Made by a program: the position numbers and the translations under genes. Shown here piece by piece: positions 1-9,285 of a stretch of DNA of 64,000 bases. Position 1 is the first letter of the stretch; each line of letters begins with the position of its first letter. The DNA lies in NCBI GenBank assembly GCA_963675425.1, contig OY776214.1:2316978-2380977 (forward strand). Reading direction: 5' to 3'. Origin of the DNA: an uncultured Sporobacter sp. (lineage in GTDB: Bacteria; Bacillota; Clostridia; Oscillospirales; Oscillospiraceae). A model generated the notes under the pieces. It searched no databases. It was not told where the DNA came from and saw only the letters and a list, made by a program, of their open reading frames with translations.

Positions 1-1516
1 CATGCAGGAGCTGATCGAGAATTTCTATATCAAGATATGGGACCTCAACAAGCTCAGAAATCACATTTTAATCAAAACCTTTGGCAACGGCGGCATCGGC
101 GGCCCGGCGCTCACCGTGGGCGGTATCAAAAAAGACGGAGGCGACGGCACCAACGAGCTGACCTTCATGGTGCTTGACGCCCACGCCCACGTACGCATTC
201 CCGCGCCGTGGCTGGCCGTGCGGCTGCACGCCAACACGCCCTGGGAGCTGAAGGTCAAGACGGCCAATCTTATCCGCATGGGCACCGGCGAACCGAAGAT
301 ATTCAACGACGATGTCGCCATCCCCAGCATGCTCACCTCCAATGTCGATCTGTTCGATGCCCGGGATTATCAGGTCGTCGGCTGCGTGGAGCCCGACGTT
401 TCCGGCAAATCCTACGGCTGGAAGGACTGCGGCCATATGAACATTGCACGCGTTTTGGAGCTGGCGATCAACGACGGACGCTGCTTCAACTGCTCGGATC
501 AGTGCCCGCGCTGGGAAAAATGCGCCGGTATCGGCGGGCAATTGGGCCTTAAAACCGGCAGCCTTGCCGACTTTACGTCCTTTGAGCAGGTGCTTGAGGC
601 GTATGACAAGCAGATGGAATACTGGTGCGACCGGCAGGTGGCGCTGTTAAATGCCGTGGATCTGGCGCATCAGGCGCTGCGCCCGCTGCCGTACCTGTCC
701 ATCCTTATGGACGGCTGCATAGAGAACGGGAAAGACGTGACGATGGGCGGCACGAAATACAACTTTACCGGTCCTCAGGGCGTTGGCATCGGCACGGCAG
801 GCGACGGGCTGGCGACCATCAAGCAGCTTGTGTTTGATGAAAAGCGCATCACGGGCCGAGAACTCCTTGACGCCGCCATCGCCAACTGGGAAGGGCACGA
901 GGCCCTGTACGCCTACGTCAACTCCGACCGGGTCCACCACTACGGCAACGACGACGATTATGCCGACCGGCTCACGAAATTCGCCATGGATACCTGGTGC
1001 AAGCATATCGAGCACCGACCCAACGCCCACGGCGGCTTCTTCCAGCCCGGCGCGTACTCCGTCACCGTCAATGTCGCCCACGGGCAGAACCAGTGGGCTT
1101 CCGTCGAGGGCCGCAAAGCCTTTGAGCCGGTTTCGGACTGCATGGGGGCCGTCCATACGAAATGCTGTTCCCATGATATCAAGGGGCCCATCGCCATCTG
1201 TAAGTCTGTGACGAAGCTGGACCATGCACGCGCCACCAACGGCACGCTGCTGAACTGGAAGTTCTCGCCCTCCACGCTGGTCGGCGAGACCGGGCGCGAC
1301 AATTTCATCGCGCTCATGGACGAGTACGTCCACCGTAAGGGCATGCACAGCCAGTTCACCGTGGCCAATCGGGAGACGCTTGTGGCCGCGCAGAAAGACC
1401 CGGACGAATACCGGGACCTGCTCGTCCGCGTCGCCGGGTACAGCGCGTACTTCGTAGAGCTCAACAAGGCCCTGCAAGACGATATTATCGGCCGTACGGA
1501 ATTATCGTTCGATTAA
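1..1516 (+). CDS. Glycyl radical enzyme (PFL2/GD/PD-like eliminase class), 5'-truncated by window edge
   Basis: Cys-loop YQVVGCVEP (nt ~368-394) and C-terminal glycyl radical motif LLVRVAGYSAYF; LLNWKF and MHSQFTV motifs; activase downstream. The ATG at 2 is probably an internal Met. Confidence 0.95.
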   Translation, partial: MQELIENFYIKIWDLNKLRNHILIKTFGNGGIGGPALTVGGIKKDGGDGTNELTFMVLDAHAHVRIPAPWLAVRLHANTPWELKVKTANLIRMGTGEPKIFNDDVAIPSMLTSNVDLFDARDYQVVGCVEPDVSGKSYGWKDCGHMNIARVLELAINDGRCFNCSDQCPRWEKCAGIGGQLGLKTGSLADFTSFEQVLEAYDKQMEYWCDRQVALLNAVDLAHQALRPLPYLSILMDGCIENGKDVTMGGTKYNFTGPQGVGIGTAGDGLATIKQLVFDEKRITGRELLDAAIANWEGHEALYAYVNSDRVHHYGNDDDYADRLTKFAMDTWCKHIEHRPNAHGGFFQPGAYSVTVNVAHGQNQWASVEGRKAFEPVSDCMGAVHTKCCSHDIKGPIAICKSVTKLDHARATNGTLLNWKFSPSTLVGETGRDNFIALMDEYVHRKGMHSQFTVANRETLVAAQKDPDEYRDLLVRVAGYSAYFVELNKALQDDIIGRTELSFD

Positions 1517-1519
1517 AAA

Positions 1520-1539
1520 GGGGCGGCTTATGCCGCCCT
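1520..1539. repeat. 20-bp palindromic direct repeat (target-site duplication or terminator hairpin), copy 1; copy 2 at 1762-1781
   Basis: gggcggc-ttat-gccgccc hairpin present twice, directly after the GRE stop codon. Confidence 0.85.
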
Positions 1540-1761
1540 CAGACTGTCGAAAAAAGCCACGGATGCGGCTTTTTCGACAAATAAAGGGTTCTCGCGCTGA
1601 GGCGCTCGCAAAGTAATGCTTTTCGGAAGTGAATGCCTCAAAGCATTGAAATTAAACCATTTTCGCCGATGAGACCAGACAACTCGCCGTCATCGCCGAA
1701 AATTAAATCGCACGGCGATTGGACGCACAAAAGAAGGACAAAAGACTTTTTCGACAAGCTG
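1540..1761. mobile_element. MITE-like non-autonomous element (IS1182-like ends)
   Basis: Imperfect terminal inverted repeats cagactgtcgaaaaa (1540-1554) and tttttcgacaagctg (1747-1761), flanked by a perfect 20-bp direct repeat ggggcggcttatgccgccct at 1520-1539 and 1762-1781; no transposase. Confidence 0.7.
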
Positions 1762-1966
1762 GGGGCGGCTTATGCCGCCCTGATTTCATATCCCGCTCTC
1801 TGCCCAATTAAGGTATAGGGCTTCAGTTCTGCCAAGCCTGACATGGGTAACAGATTGTTCGGAGACATGGATCACAGTTTAAAGTGTTTCCGGCCTTGGG
1901 CTCAAGCTTGGCCTGGGCAATCCTATATCAACAGGGTAGGGGACCGGTATAAACGGAGGTTGCCTC

Positions 1967-2956
1967 TTGCTGTACAGAAACGCCGCCGGCGAGCCGTGCG
2001 CGCTCGTCAGCAATATTCAGAAATATACGATCCACGACGGTCCGGGCATCCGCACGGAGATTTTCTTCAAAGGATGTCCGCTTCGCTGCCTGTGGTGCTC
2101 CAATCCCGAAACGCTCGATACGAAGCCGCGTATTGGCGTTTATCCGACAAAGTGCCTGACGCTTACAAAATGCGGTGCATGCGTTAAAGCCTGTCCGGGA
2201 AATGGCACGCCGCTTGAATTTGAAAACGGTGTTTTAAAGGCTGCAAATATGACCGATGCCTGCAAGGGCTGTTTCAAATGTACCGACGTCTGTCCGCCCC
2301 GGGCGCTCAAGCAGTGGGGCGAGTGGATGAGCCTTCCTGAGCTGATGAAAGTCATTGCCGAGGACCGGAGCTTTTATCAGAAGACGGGCGGCGGCGTTAC
2401 GCTCAGCGGCGGGGAAGTGCTTCTGCAATGGGAAATCGCGGCGATGCTGCTGGAGGAATGCCATAAAGAGCATATCAATACATGTGTCGAGTCGGCTCTT
2501 TGTTGCCCGCCGGAGCACATGGAAACCGTCTGGCAGCATACGGACCTTGTCATTACCGATATTAAGCATATGGACCCGCTGAAACACCGGGAATACACCG
2601 GTGTTGACAACAAGCTGATCCTTGAAAATATCAAACGCACCGTTGAGCTCGGCAAGAAGCTCGTGATCCGGACGCCCGTCGTCGCGGGGTATAACGATGA
2701 TCTGGAAAACATACGCGCCACCGGCGCGTTTATCCGGGATGAGCTGGGTGGCAAAATCGTCCAGTATCAGCTTCTGCCTTATCGCAGGCTGGGCATGGAA
2801 AAATATGATTCACTCAACCTGCCATACCCGATGGGGGATTACGTAATGCCCGAGCGCGCCGTCTGGGAAGAGAATCTTCTGAAACTGACCGACATCCTCG
2901 TCTCGGAGTATGGCCTACCCGCCGTCGCTGGCTCCGGCAGCAAGCTGGAATTTTGA
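1967..2956 (+). CDS. Glycyl radical enzyme activating enzyme (radical SAM, ferredoxin-like insert)
   Basis: IQKYTIHDGPGIRTEIFFKGCPLRCLWCSNPE; Cys-rich insert (CLTLTKCGACVKACP ... CKGCFKCTDVCP); GGGVTLSGGE; TTG start with GGAGG RBS. Confidence 0.95.
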   Translation: MLYRNAAGEPCALVSNIQKYTIHDGPGIRTEIFFKGCPLRCLWCSNPETLDTKPRIGVYPTKCLTLTKCGACVKACPGNGTPLEFENGVLKAANMTDACKGCFKCTDVCPPRALKQWGEWMSLPELMKVIAEDRSFYQKTGGGVTLSGGEVLLQWEIAAMLLEECHKEHINTCVESALCCPPEHMETVWQHTDLVITDIKHMDPLKHREYTGVDNKLILENIKRTVELGKKLVIRTPVVAGYNDDLENIRATGAFIRDELGGKIVQYQLLPYRRLGMEKYDSLNLPYPMGDYVMPERAVWEENLLKLTDILVSEYGLPAVAGSGSKLEF

Positions 2957-3057
2957 ATATGTAAAATACCCATCTTTATCTGAAGCGCAGTGATCTGAGA
3001 TGTAGAGACTTTTGGCTAAAGCCAAAAATGAAGGTCTTTCACACATATATTTATGAT

Positions 3058-3104
3058 AAAAACGGCCGCTATCTCTTGTATAAAGTGATTGCGGCCGTTT
3101 TTTT
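3058..3104. terminator. Probable bidirectional intrinsic terminator
   Basis: aaaacggccgc...gcggccgttttttt between the convergent activase and DUF169 genes. Confidence 0.65.
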
Positions 3105-3146
3105 ATTACGTTGTCTGCAGTCGGAGGTTATTTCTATATTACGCAG

Positions 3147-3920
3147 TCAAATACATTGGGGATCCTCTTCCAGCTCCTGAGCCAGATCAGCAAAAACCTG
3201 TTTGTCAAATTCAATATACTTTTCCCGCCCCAGGGTATAAGCTTTGGGGACCCAGTTCATTTCGTTAAGGTTTTGGGTTATTTCAGGAATTTTTTGGTAG
3301 GGTATGGTTACCAATATCATTCCTTCCGGGAAACACTCCCTTGACTTGGCGCCGAAAGCCAAGCCGGTTACGAGATAATTGATCTTCCCGCTCTTATAGG
3401 GATAAACCAGCTGCCAGGAACAGTTTAGGACAGGCGTTGATTTGGATTCGACGATATCCCCGCTGGAATAGGATATGGCCCGGACAAGAACTTCCGCCTG
3501 GCTGGGTTTGGCGGTAAGGATGAGAAGGTCGGGTTCAAATGTCAGCTGATCCAGAGGAGCAAAAACCACATAATTCATAAGGCCTTTTTTAAACAGGTAA
3601 AATTGGTCGTATAGTCTCCCGTTGGCGCGTCCTTCCTGAAAAATGTCAAGTTTTTCGCCGAGTTGCCCGTATTCCGCAAAAGGCGGCAGGTCTTCCCAGC
3701 CCATGGCTAATTTGCCCGCGCAGTCCTCATTTTCTTTGGTAATATAAAACGGCTTGTCGCTCTCCTGAGCTTTCCAGAACATTTCGCATAAGCCGGCGGT
3801 CCCTTTCATTTTTTCAATTCCTTCGGGTTCGTGCAATAAAAATTTTACGCCTATCGGCGGCCGTTCAAAACCGAATTTATTGTAAATGGACAGGTCTTGT
3901 TTTAATGCTCTCATTTTCAT
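3147..3920 (-). CDS. DUF169-family protein
   Basis: FERPPIGVKF, LCEMFWKAQ, EDCAGKLAMG, PDLLIL and CSW motifs typical of DUF169; start placed at ATG 3920 rather than the ORF-track 3965. Confidence 0.75.
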   Translation of the reverse strand: MKMRALKQDLSIYNKFGFERPPIGVKFLLHEPEGIEKMKGTAGLCEMFWKAQESDKPFYITKENEDCAGKLAMGWEDLPPFAEYGQLGEKLDIFQEGRANGRLYDQFYLFKKGLMNYVVFAPLDQLTFEPDLLILTAKPSQAEVLVRAISYSSGDIVESKSTPVLNCSWQLVYPYKSGKINYLVTGLAFGAKSRECFPEGMILVTIPYQKIPEITQNLNEMNWVPKAYTLGREKYIEFDKQVFADLAQELEEDPQCI

Positions 3921-4071
3921 CGTTATAATAATTCCTTTCGAATCGTTCAAGGCACAAAACGGCATGAACCCTATTGTCCTTGAGCGTTATTTACTTTAAT
4001 AATTAAACAAGATAACAAGAATTCTGAACGATAAGTTGTTGATTAACCAGTCTGCAGATACGATCGATAGG

Positions 4072-4764
4072 TTACATTGGCCTTAATATTACACGGGCAG
4101 GAGCAGCATCCCCATCGTGAACTTTAAGCGGCAGACAGATCATTTCGTAGTTTCCGGGTTTTACGTCGTATAAGTCGAGCGATTCCATGATCCAGACGCC
4201 GCCGTTAAATAGGGTAACATGACCAAACACGATATCATCAAAATCAGGACCGGCTATTGCAATATAATCGATACCGGCAATAAGAGTTTTTTTCTCAACC
4301 AGGTAGAGTGCGGCATCCGGAGCAACTGCGACAAAATTATCAAACCAAGTTTTTTCCTTGGACCTGTAATAAGTAGAATTTATTGTCTTGAACAGAAGAC
4401 GTTCGCCGGTTTTAATATCATGGCGTTCAAGCTCTTTACGCCTGATTGCAGTCTTGTCCTCAATTTCGATAACACGGGCCGGCCCGATAACAACATCCAT
4501 CGGTATCTCATCGATACTGGTCCGTTTGGGAACCATTTCTTTAGAAAAATGGCGGGGAGCGTCAATATGTGTGCCGGTGTGAGGATTCACCGTCAGTTGA
4601 ACCAGATAATCCATATGGTGGTGCTTATCCGGATGGCGAACCCAATCGACACGGGGATCCAATGGATCCATCGGATTAAAATGCATGCCGTTGAAAATAG
4701 GGTAGGTCACATCGATCCACTCGGATGTGGTATTGCTGATGTCAATGGGTTTTTCCGCAGCCAA
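4072..4764 (-). CDS. Cyclase-family metal-dependent hydrolase (kynurenine formamidase/isatin hydrolase-like)
   Basis: Canonical HTGTHIDAPRH motif, GIDY, downstream His (FGHVTL) and IMESL Glu, GDAAPARVIL C-terminus. Confidence 0.9.
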   Translation of the reverse strand: MAAEKPIDISNTTSEWIDVTYPIFNGMHFNPMDPLDPRVDWVRHPDKHHHMDYLVQLTVNPHTGTHIDAPRHFSKEMVPKRTSIDEIPMDVVIGPARVIEIEDKTAIRRKELERHDIKTGERLLFKTINSTYYRSKEKTWFDNFVAVAPDAALYLVEKKTLIAGIDYIAIAGPDFDDIVFGHVTLFNGGVWIMESLDLYDVKPGNYEMICLPLKVHDGDAAPARVILRPM

Positions 4765-4806
4765 TATTCATACCTCCTAACAATTTATTATTGATAATGA
4801 AATATT

Positions 4807-5496
4807 CTATTTTAACGGTCTCAAGACGGCCCGGGCGGGAGCGGCGTCTCCGTCCAGAATTTTTATGGGCAGGCAGAATATTTCATACTGCCCCGGTTCG
4901 ACAGAGTACAAGTCAATAGCTCCCAGGAGCCAGACGCCGCTATCAAGAAGTGTTGCGCGAACCTTATCAAAGGGGTTTAGTTCCTTTTCGCCGAAGGTAA
5001 CAGTACTGTAGGGACCGAGACCTAAATAATCGAAGCCTACGACTGATACTTTTTTTTCTGCGAGAAAGCGTGCGGCTTCAAGTGTGAGGTAACAATAATA
5101 ATCAACAAAATGCTCCATTTTATAGTATGAAGAGTTAATGGTTTTAAAAAGAATCCGTTCACCCGGCTGAATATTGTGAGTTTCAAGCTCCTCAGGGTTT
5201 ATCGACACGCTGTCTTTGATTTCTATCACACGTGCCGGGCCGATAATGGCGGTCAGAGGCATCTTGTCAACACTGGTCTTGTTCGGATCAAAATGACGCG
5301 CGGTTTCGACATGGGTACCGTTATGACCGTTTATACAATATTGATACATGTAACACGCACTGCCTATGGCGGGGTCTATCACCCAGTCAAGGTGCGGCGG
5401 TATGTTGTCAGTCGGCAGATACTGCATATTGGGGCTGAGCGCATATGTAATATCTATCCAATCGGTGGAATCGCTGTTTGTTAGCATCTCTTTCAA
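4807..5496 (-). CDS. Cyclase-family paralog with degenerate metal site
   Basis: HNGTHVETARH (D>E, P>A); the equivalents of the second-metal His and Glu appear replaced (KVRATLL, LLGAID); same GDAAPARAVL tail. Confidence 0.85.
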   Translation of the reverse strand: MKEMLTNSDSTDWIDITYALSPNMQYLPTDNIPPHLDWVIDPAIGSACYMYQYCINGHNGTHVETARHFDPNKTSVDKMPLTAIIGPARVIEIKDSVSINPEELETHNIQPGERILFKTINSSYYKMEHFVDYYCYLTLEAARFLAEKKVSVVGFDYLGLGPYSTVTFGEKELNPFDKVRATLLDSGVWLLGAIDLYSVEPGQYEIFCLPIKILDGDAAPARAVLRPLK

Positions 5497-5551
5497 AATA
5501 AACCATCCATTCTTAATTTGCTAATAGTGAGATTAATTCATTTTTATACAG

Positions 5552-6850
5552 TTAAGCTAGGAAGGTCACAATCTGGGGAAATGCGACTAGTATTGCAGCA
5601 CACACAATGATTGCTATTAAAAATGGCCATATTCCTTTAAAAATATCTTCGAGAGGTACTTCTTCTTTAACGATGTCTTTTACGACATAAACATTCATTC
5701 CTACCGGAGGTGTAATAATCCCCATACCTTGTATCAGTAGTATTACTACTCCGAACCACATGGGGTCATATCCCAAAACGTTCACAACTACAGGGTAGAA
5801 AACCGGAATGGTAAGTAACACTAAAGCGGGAATGTCGATAAAACAACCTAAAACCAGGTAGACAAATAATATTGCTGCCATAATTATAAAACGTGGTAAT
5901 GATAATACACTGACAGCATTGGCTAAGGAGGTGGGAAGGTTGCTAAGCGCCATGAAGCGCCCAAAAACTATCGCTCCGGCAATTAAAAGAAGGATCATTG
6001 CAACAGAGCGGGCTGTCGAATATAGAGATCTTTTAATACCGTCCCATTTCAAATCGCCTGACAGCAACGTTACAATAAGTACCCCGAATGCACCTACGGC
6101 GCCGGCTTCAGTGGGGGTAAACCAACCGGCGAACAATCCGCCAAGGGACAGAATAAAAATAGCAACTATTTGCCAAAGGCCGCCTGTCAGAGATTTAAAT
6201 CTCTCTTTCCAGTTTGATTTTTCAGTTCTGGGAGCCAGGGCCGGATTGCGTCTAACTAAAATATAAATAACGATTATATTAAGACACAGGAGAATTATCC
6301 CGGGAATTACGGAGCATTTAAACAAAGTTTTAATTGAATTTTGCGTTGCAATACCGTATAACATTATGACGGTACTCGGAGGTATTAAAACTCCCAGGAT
6401 TCCTCCGCAAGCTACACTCGATGTTGCCAGCTTCATATCATAGTTGTATTTTTTCATCTCGGGTATGGCGATGGAGCCAATTGTGGCCGTTGCAGCCAAA
6501 ACCGATCCGCAGATTGCCCCGAAAACAGCACTGGCGCATTGAGCAGCCATAGCCAGGCCGCCCCGCCGATGCCCAATCCATTTGTTAGCCGTATCAAAAA
6601 ACTTACTGCCGATACCTGATTCATATGCAAGGTAACCCATCCATATATACATGGGCACCACAATATAATTGTAATTAGAAAACTCTTGAAATAAATTCAA
6701 AGAAACCGTTTCAAAAGCAACTTGAGGCGAAGTATATATCCACACGCCGATAAAGCCTATTAAAAGCATTGAAAATGAAATAGGCATACCCATCAACATG
6801 ACAACAAGAAAAACCAACATCAGCAACAGGCCTATTATTTCCGGGCTCAT
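5552..6850 (-). CDS. dctM: TRAP transporter large permease
   Basis: 432 aa hydrophobic protein; GGILGVLIPPS, TPTEAGAVG and ITPPVGMNVYV motifs. Confidence 0.95.
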   Translation of the reverse strand: MSPEIIGLLLMLVFLVVMLMGMPISFSMLLIGFIGVWIYTSPQVAFETVSLNLFQEFSNYNYIVVPMYIWMGYLAYESGIGSKFFDTANKWIGHRRGGLAMAAQCASAVFGAICGSVLAATATIGSIAIPEMKKYNYDMKLATSSVACGGILGVLIPPSTVIMLYGIATQNSIKTLFKCSVIPGIILLCLNIIVIYILVRRNPALAPRTEKSNWKERFKSLTGGLWQIVAIFILSLGGLFAGWFTPTEAGAVGAFGVLIVTLLSGDLKWDGIKRSLYSTARSVAMILLLIAGAIVFGRFMALSNLPTSLANAVSVLSLPRFIIMAAILFVYLVLGCFIDIPALVLLTIPVFYPVVVNVLGYDPMWFGVVILLIQGMGIITPPVGMNVYVVKDIVKEEVPLEDIFKGIWPFLIAIIVCAAILVAFPQIVTFLA

Positions 6851-7356
6851 TTTTCTTCACTTCCTTTCCCAAATTCATTTATAATTTTCATTAAAATAGC
6901 CAGAGCCAGGATCAATATACCTATTGCTAAGACATAATAAAGAGGGTAATGCGGCGTTGATGTTGTTAAAGTAGTCTTTCCGCTCAGCTTCACATTTTTA
7001 GCATAGCATGACAGAATAAACCAGCCAATTGCCCCAAACATTATCGTGCTGATTACATTAAGAATTATCCTAACCAGTTTTTGAACTATTACAGGAAATT
7101 TATCCATAATAAAAGTAATATTAACGTGGCCGTCGGTTAGATAGCAGTGGGCGAGAGACAAGCTAATTGCTGATATAAACAGCATCAACAAAATGTCATA
7201 AACACCCCTGATTGGAGTATTAAAAAAAGCCCGTAAAGCAACATTAACGACTATCAAAGCCATCATTGCAGCGATTAATATCTCACTTGCAATATTTAGA
7301 ACTGAACATAGTTTTTCTATAGTTTTGTTGATTAATTTCATATTAAACCAGCTCAC
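6847..7356 (-). CDS. dctQ: TRAP transporter small permease
   Basis: Four TM segments, GHVNITF motif, between dctP and dctM. Confidence 0.9.
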   Translation of the reverse strand: MSWFNMKLINKTIEKLCSVLNIASEILIAAMMALIVVNVALRAFFNTPIRGVYDILLMLFISAISLSLAHCYLTDGHVNITFIMDKFPVIVQKLVRIILNVISTIMFGAIGWFILSCYAKNVKLSGKTTLTTSTPHYPLYYVLAIGILILALAILMKIINEFGKGSEEK

Positions 7357-7387
7357 CTTTGATTTCCCAATATTATTTTTATTTCAT

Positions 7388-7419
7388 CGCACCCGAAGAT
7401 AATACCCCGGGTGCGATGA
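7388..7419. terminator. Stem-loop between dctP and dctQ (mRNA stabiliser or attenuator)
   Basis: tcatcgcaccc...gggtgcgatga 11-bp inverted repeat. Confidence 0.45.
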
Positions 7420-7439
7420 TCTTGTTTATTTTTATTTTT

Positions 7440-8633
7440 TTATTGATACTGAGCGATTAACGCGTCTATTCTTCCTCTCAAATCGGCAGAATAGTCTGCG
7501 AACTCTGTGTTATATTGGTCTACCAATTCTCCGATCTTTGCTAAAGCTTCGGTTCCCGGTAAGCCTTGTTCGTTTAAGAAATCTTCATATGATTGTCGTG
7601 AAGAGGACAACGCTTCTGTAATTTTTCCGTATTCTCCGTCGGAGAGCGTCGTTACTTTGAGGCCGTTCTGCAGGCCGAATTCCAGACTATCACAATATAT
7701 GTCGTCAAAAGCGGTGGACACATCTTCAAAATGCTGTTCATTAACCTCACGGATAATATTTTGGAGATCTTCAGGCAAACTGTTCCATGCATCTTTATTC
7801 ATGCAGACATTTGGTGAAGCGTTATACAAACAGGGCACTTCTACCATGTAATCGACGACTTCATATAAATTCCAGCCGACTAAAGGTTCGGTATTACCTA
7901 AAACTCCGTCTATGGTGTTTTTGGAGAGAGCTTCATAGGCTTCCGCCATTGTCATGGCTACAGGTGTTGCACCCAATGCAGCTACAGCATCGGAGGCCGA
8001 GCTATCGCACCTAATCTGCAAGCCTTTTAAATCTGCTAAGCTTTCTATCGGTTTATTAGTAAAAATGCAGCCGGGCGCCGGGGAAAAGATAAACATGAAT
8101 TCTAAATCAGAATCTACTACTTCAGGAAATGCTTTGACGTAGTCATTATTTACATTAATGGCAACTCTGCCGTTAGTCCATTCAAAACCGGGAACCGCCA
8201 GAGCATTAAACAGCGGAAGTTCGCCCGGACAATAATTATTGATAACTAAGCCTGCATCGGCAAGGCCACTGCCAATTCCTTGAAGCGCGCTGTCGGCTGC
8301 TAATAATGTTCCACCGTAATACATTGTAAATTGTACCCGCCCATTGGTGGCTTCCTCAACTTTTTCCACCCAAGGATCCATAAAGTTTTCAACCATTGGG
8401 TGCCCGTCGGGCATTGGGGAGGCAAAAGTAAAGACGTAAGTTTCCGAAGAATTTTCTTTGCCAGAAGCAGCGCCTTCACTGGAAGCAGCGTCCCCGCCGG
8501 AAGCAGCGTCCCCGCCGGAATCAGCGCCTTCTGCTGCATTATTGTTGGCACATCCGGAGAATAACATAAAAGTGGTGAGAATCAGGGCCAGGGCTACCAA
8601 AATTGAAATACCTTTAAAATTTTTAATCTTCAA
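7440..8633 (-). CDS. dctP: TRAP substrate-binding lipoprotein
   Basis: Lipobox FSGC; low-complexity linker; YYGGTL, DLKGLQIR, LGATPVAMTMAEAYEALSKNTIDG motifs; TTG start with GAGGAGG RBS. Confidence 0.93.
   Translation of the reverse strand: MKIKNFKGISILVALALILTTFMLFSGCANNNAAEGADSGGDAASGGDAASSEGAASGKENSSETYVFTFASPMPDGHPMVENFMDPWVEKVEEATNGRVQFTMYYGGTLLAADSALQGIGSGLADAGLVINNYCPGELPLFNALAVPGFEWTNGRVAINVNNDYVKAFPEVVDSDLEFMFIFSPAPGCIFTNKPIESLADLKGLQIRCDSSASDAVAALGATPVAMTMAEAYEALSKNTIDGVLGNTEPLVGWNLYEVVDYMVEVPCLYNASPNVCMNKDAWNSLPEDLQNIIREVNEQHFEDVSTAFDDIYCDSLEFGLQNGLKVTTLSDGEYGKITEALSSSRQSYEDFLNEQGLPGTEALAKIGELVDQYNTEFADYSADLRGRIDALIAQYQ
8461..8531. repeat. 18-bp coding tandem repeat (GGDAAS linker) in dctP
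   Basis: ggaagcagcgtccccgcc twice exactly, plus degenerate flanking copies. Confidence 0.8.
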
Positions 8634-8976
8634 AACAATTCCTCCTCATAATTTTTATAGTTCATGCTGATCTTTTAAGGATATTTAGCCCAAATATAAT
8701 TCTCATCCCTTCCTTCCCTTCCTTCTTGATAGGCTATCTCTTTCCTTTCAGCACGTTCATTCACCCAATATATAGCCGGCAGATTTCATTTTCTTGCAAA
8801 TAATATTGAGTAATTATTGTAATCCAAGCTGTAAGAAATTAGCGGCTTATTCGTTCTTGGTTCCTGGAATACTTCCGCCTCTCATATCTGCTATGTATAT
8901 TCCGGGCATTTTTATATGCGGTTGAGCCTCTGTAAACATGGGGGCGTTCAAATATAATCCGTATTTTTACAGTGTA

Positions 8977-9285
8977 TATTTACGCCGTAAGATTATCACG
9001 TCGCTGTTCTAATAGCAATACCTAAATTAAATAGTTATGCTCGTCTTTTTTTGTTATTATTGTTATTTGTCAAAGGGGATTAGGGTGATGTTTCTTGCAG
9101 AATGCACATGACTTATCGACATACCGAGCTTTACAAACAGAATTTTATGCCGACAGGCAGGCGTTTAAAATTAACTGCAATTAATATTTACGCCGTAAGA
9201 ATATCATGCCTTTTTTCTAATAGCAATACCTTATTTAAAATCATTATGCGAACTTATTTTTGTTATTGTTTTCACTTGTCAAGGG
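8977..9285. promoter_or_regulatory. Duplicated ~105-bp intergenic block (8977-9078 and 9184-9285) with TTAC-N3-GTAA palindromes
   Basis: atatttacgccgtaaga-tatca...tctaatagcaatacct...ttatgc...tgttatt...ttgtcaa-gg occurs twice; third short copy tttacaatgtaagaatat near 9316-9333. Confidence 0.7.

Noticed and set aside
61-1477. Numerous alternative-frame ORFs overlapping the GRE (e.g. 647..1477 -, 958..1467 -)
   Set aside because: Shadow ORFs of a GC-rich coding sequence with no recognisable motifs.
8461-8531. CRISPR-like or regulatory repeat
   Set aside because: In-frame 18-bp units encoding a flexible lipoprotein linker; no spacers or cas genes.
9000-9030. Sigma-54 promoter (TTGCT on minus strand)
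   Set aside because: No correctly spaced -24 GG element.
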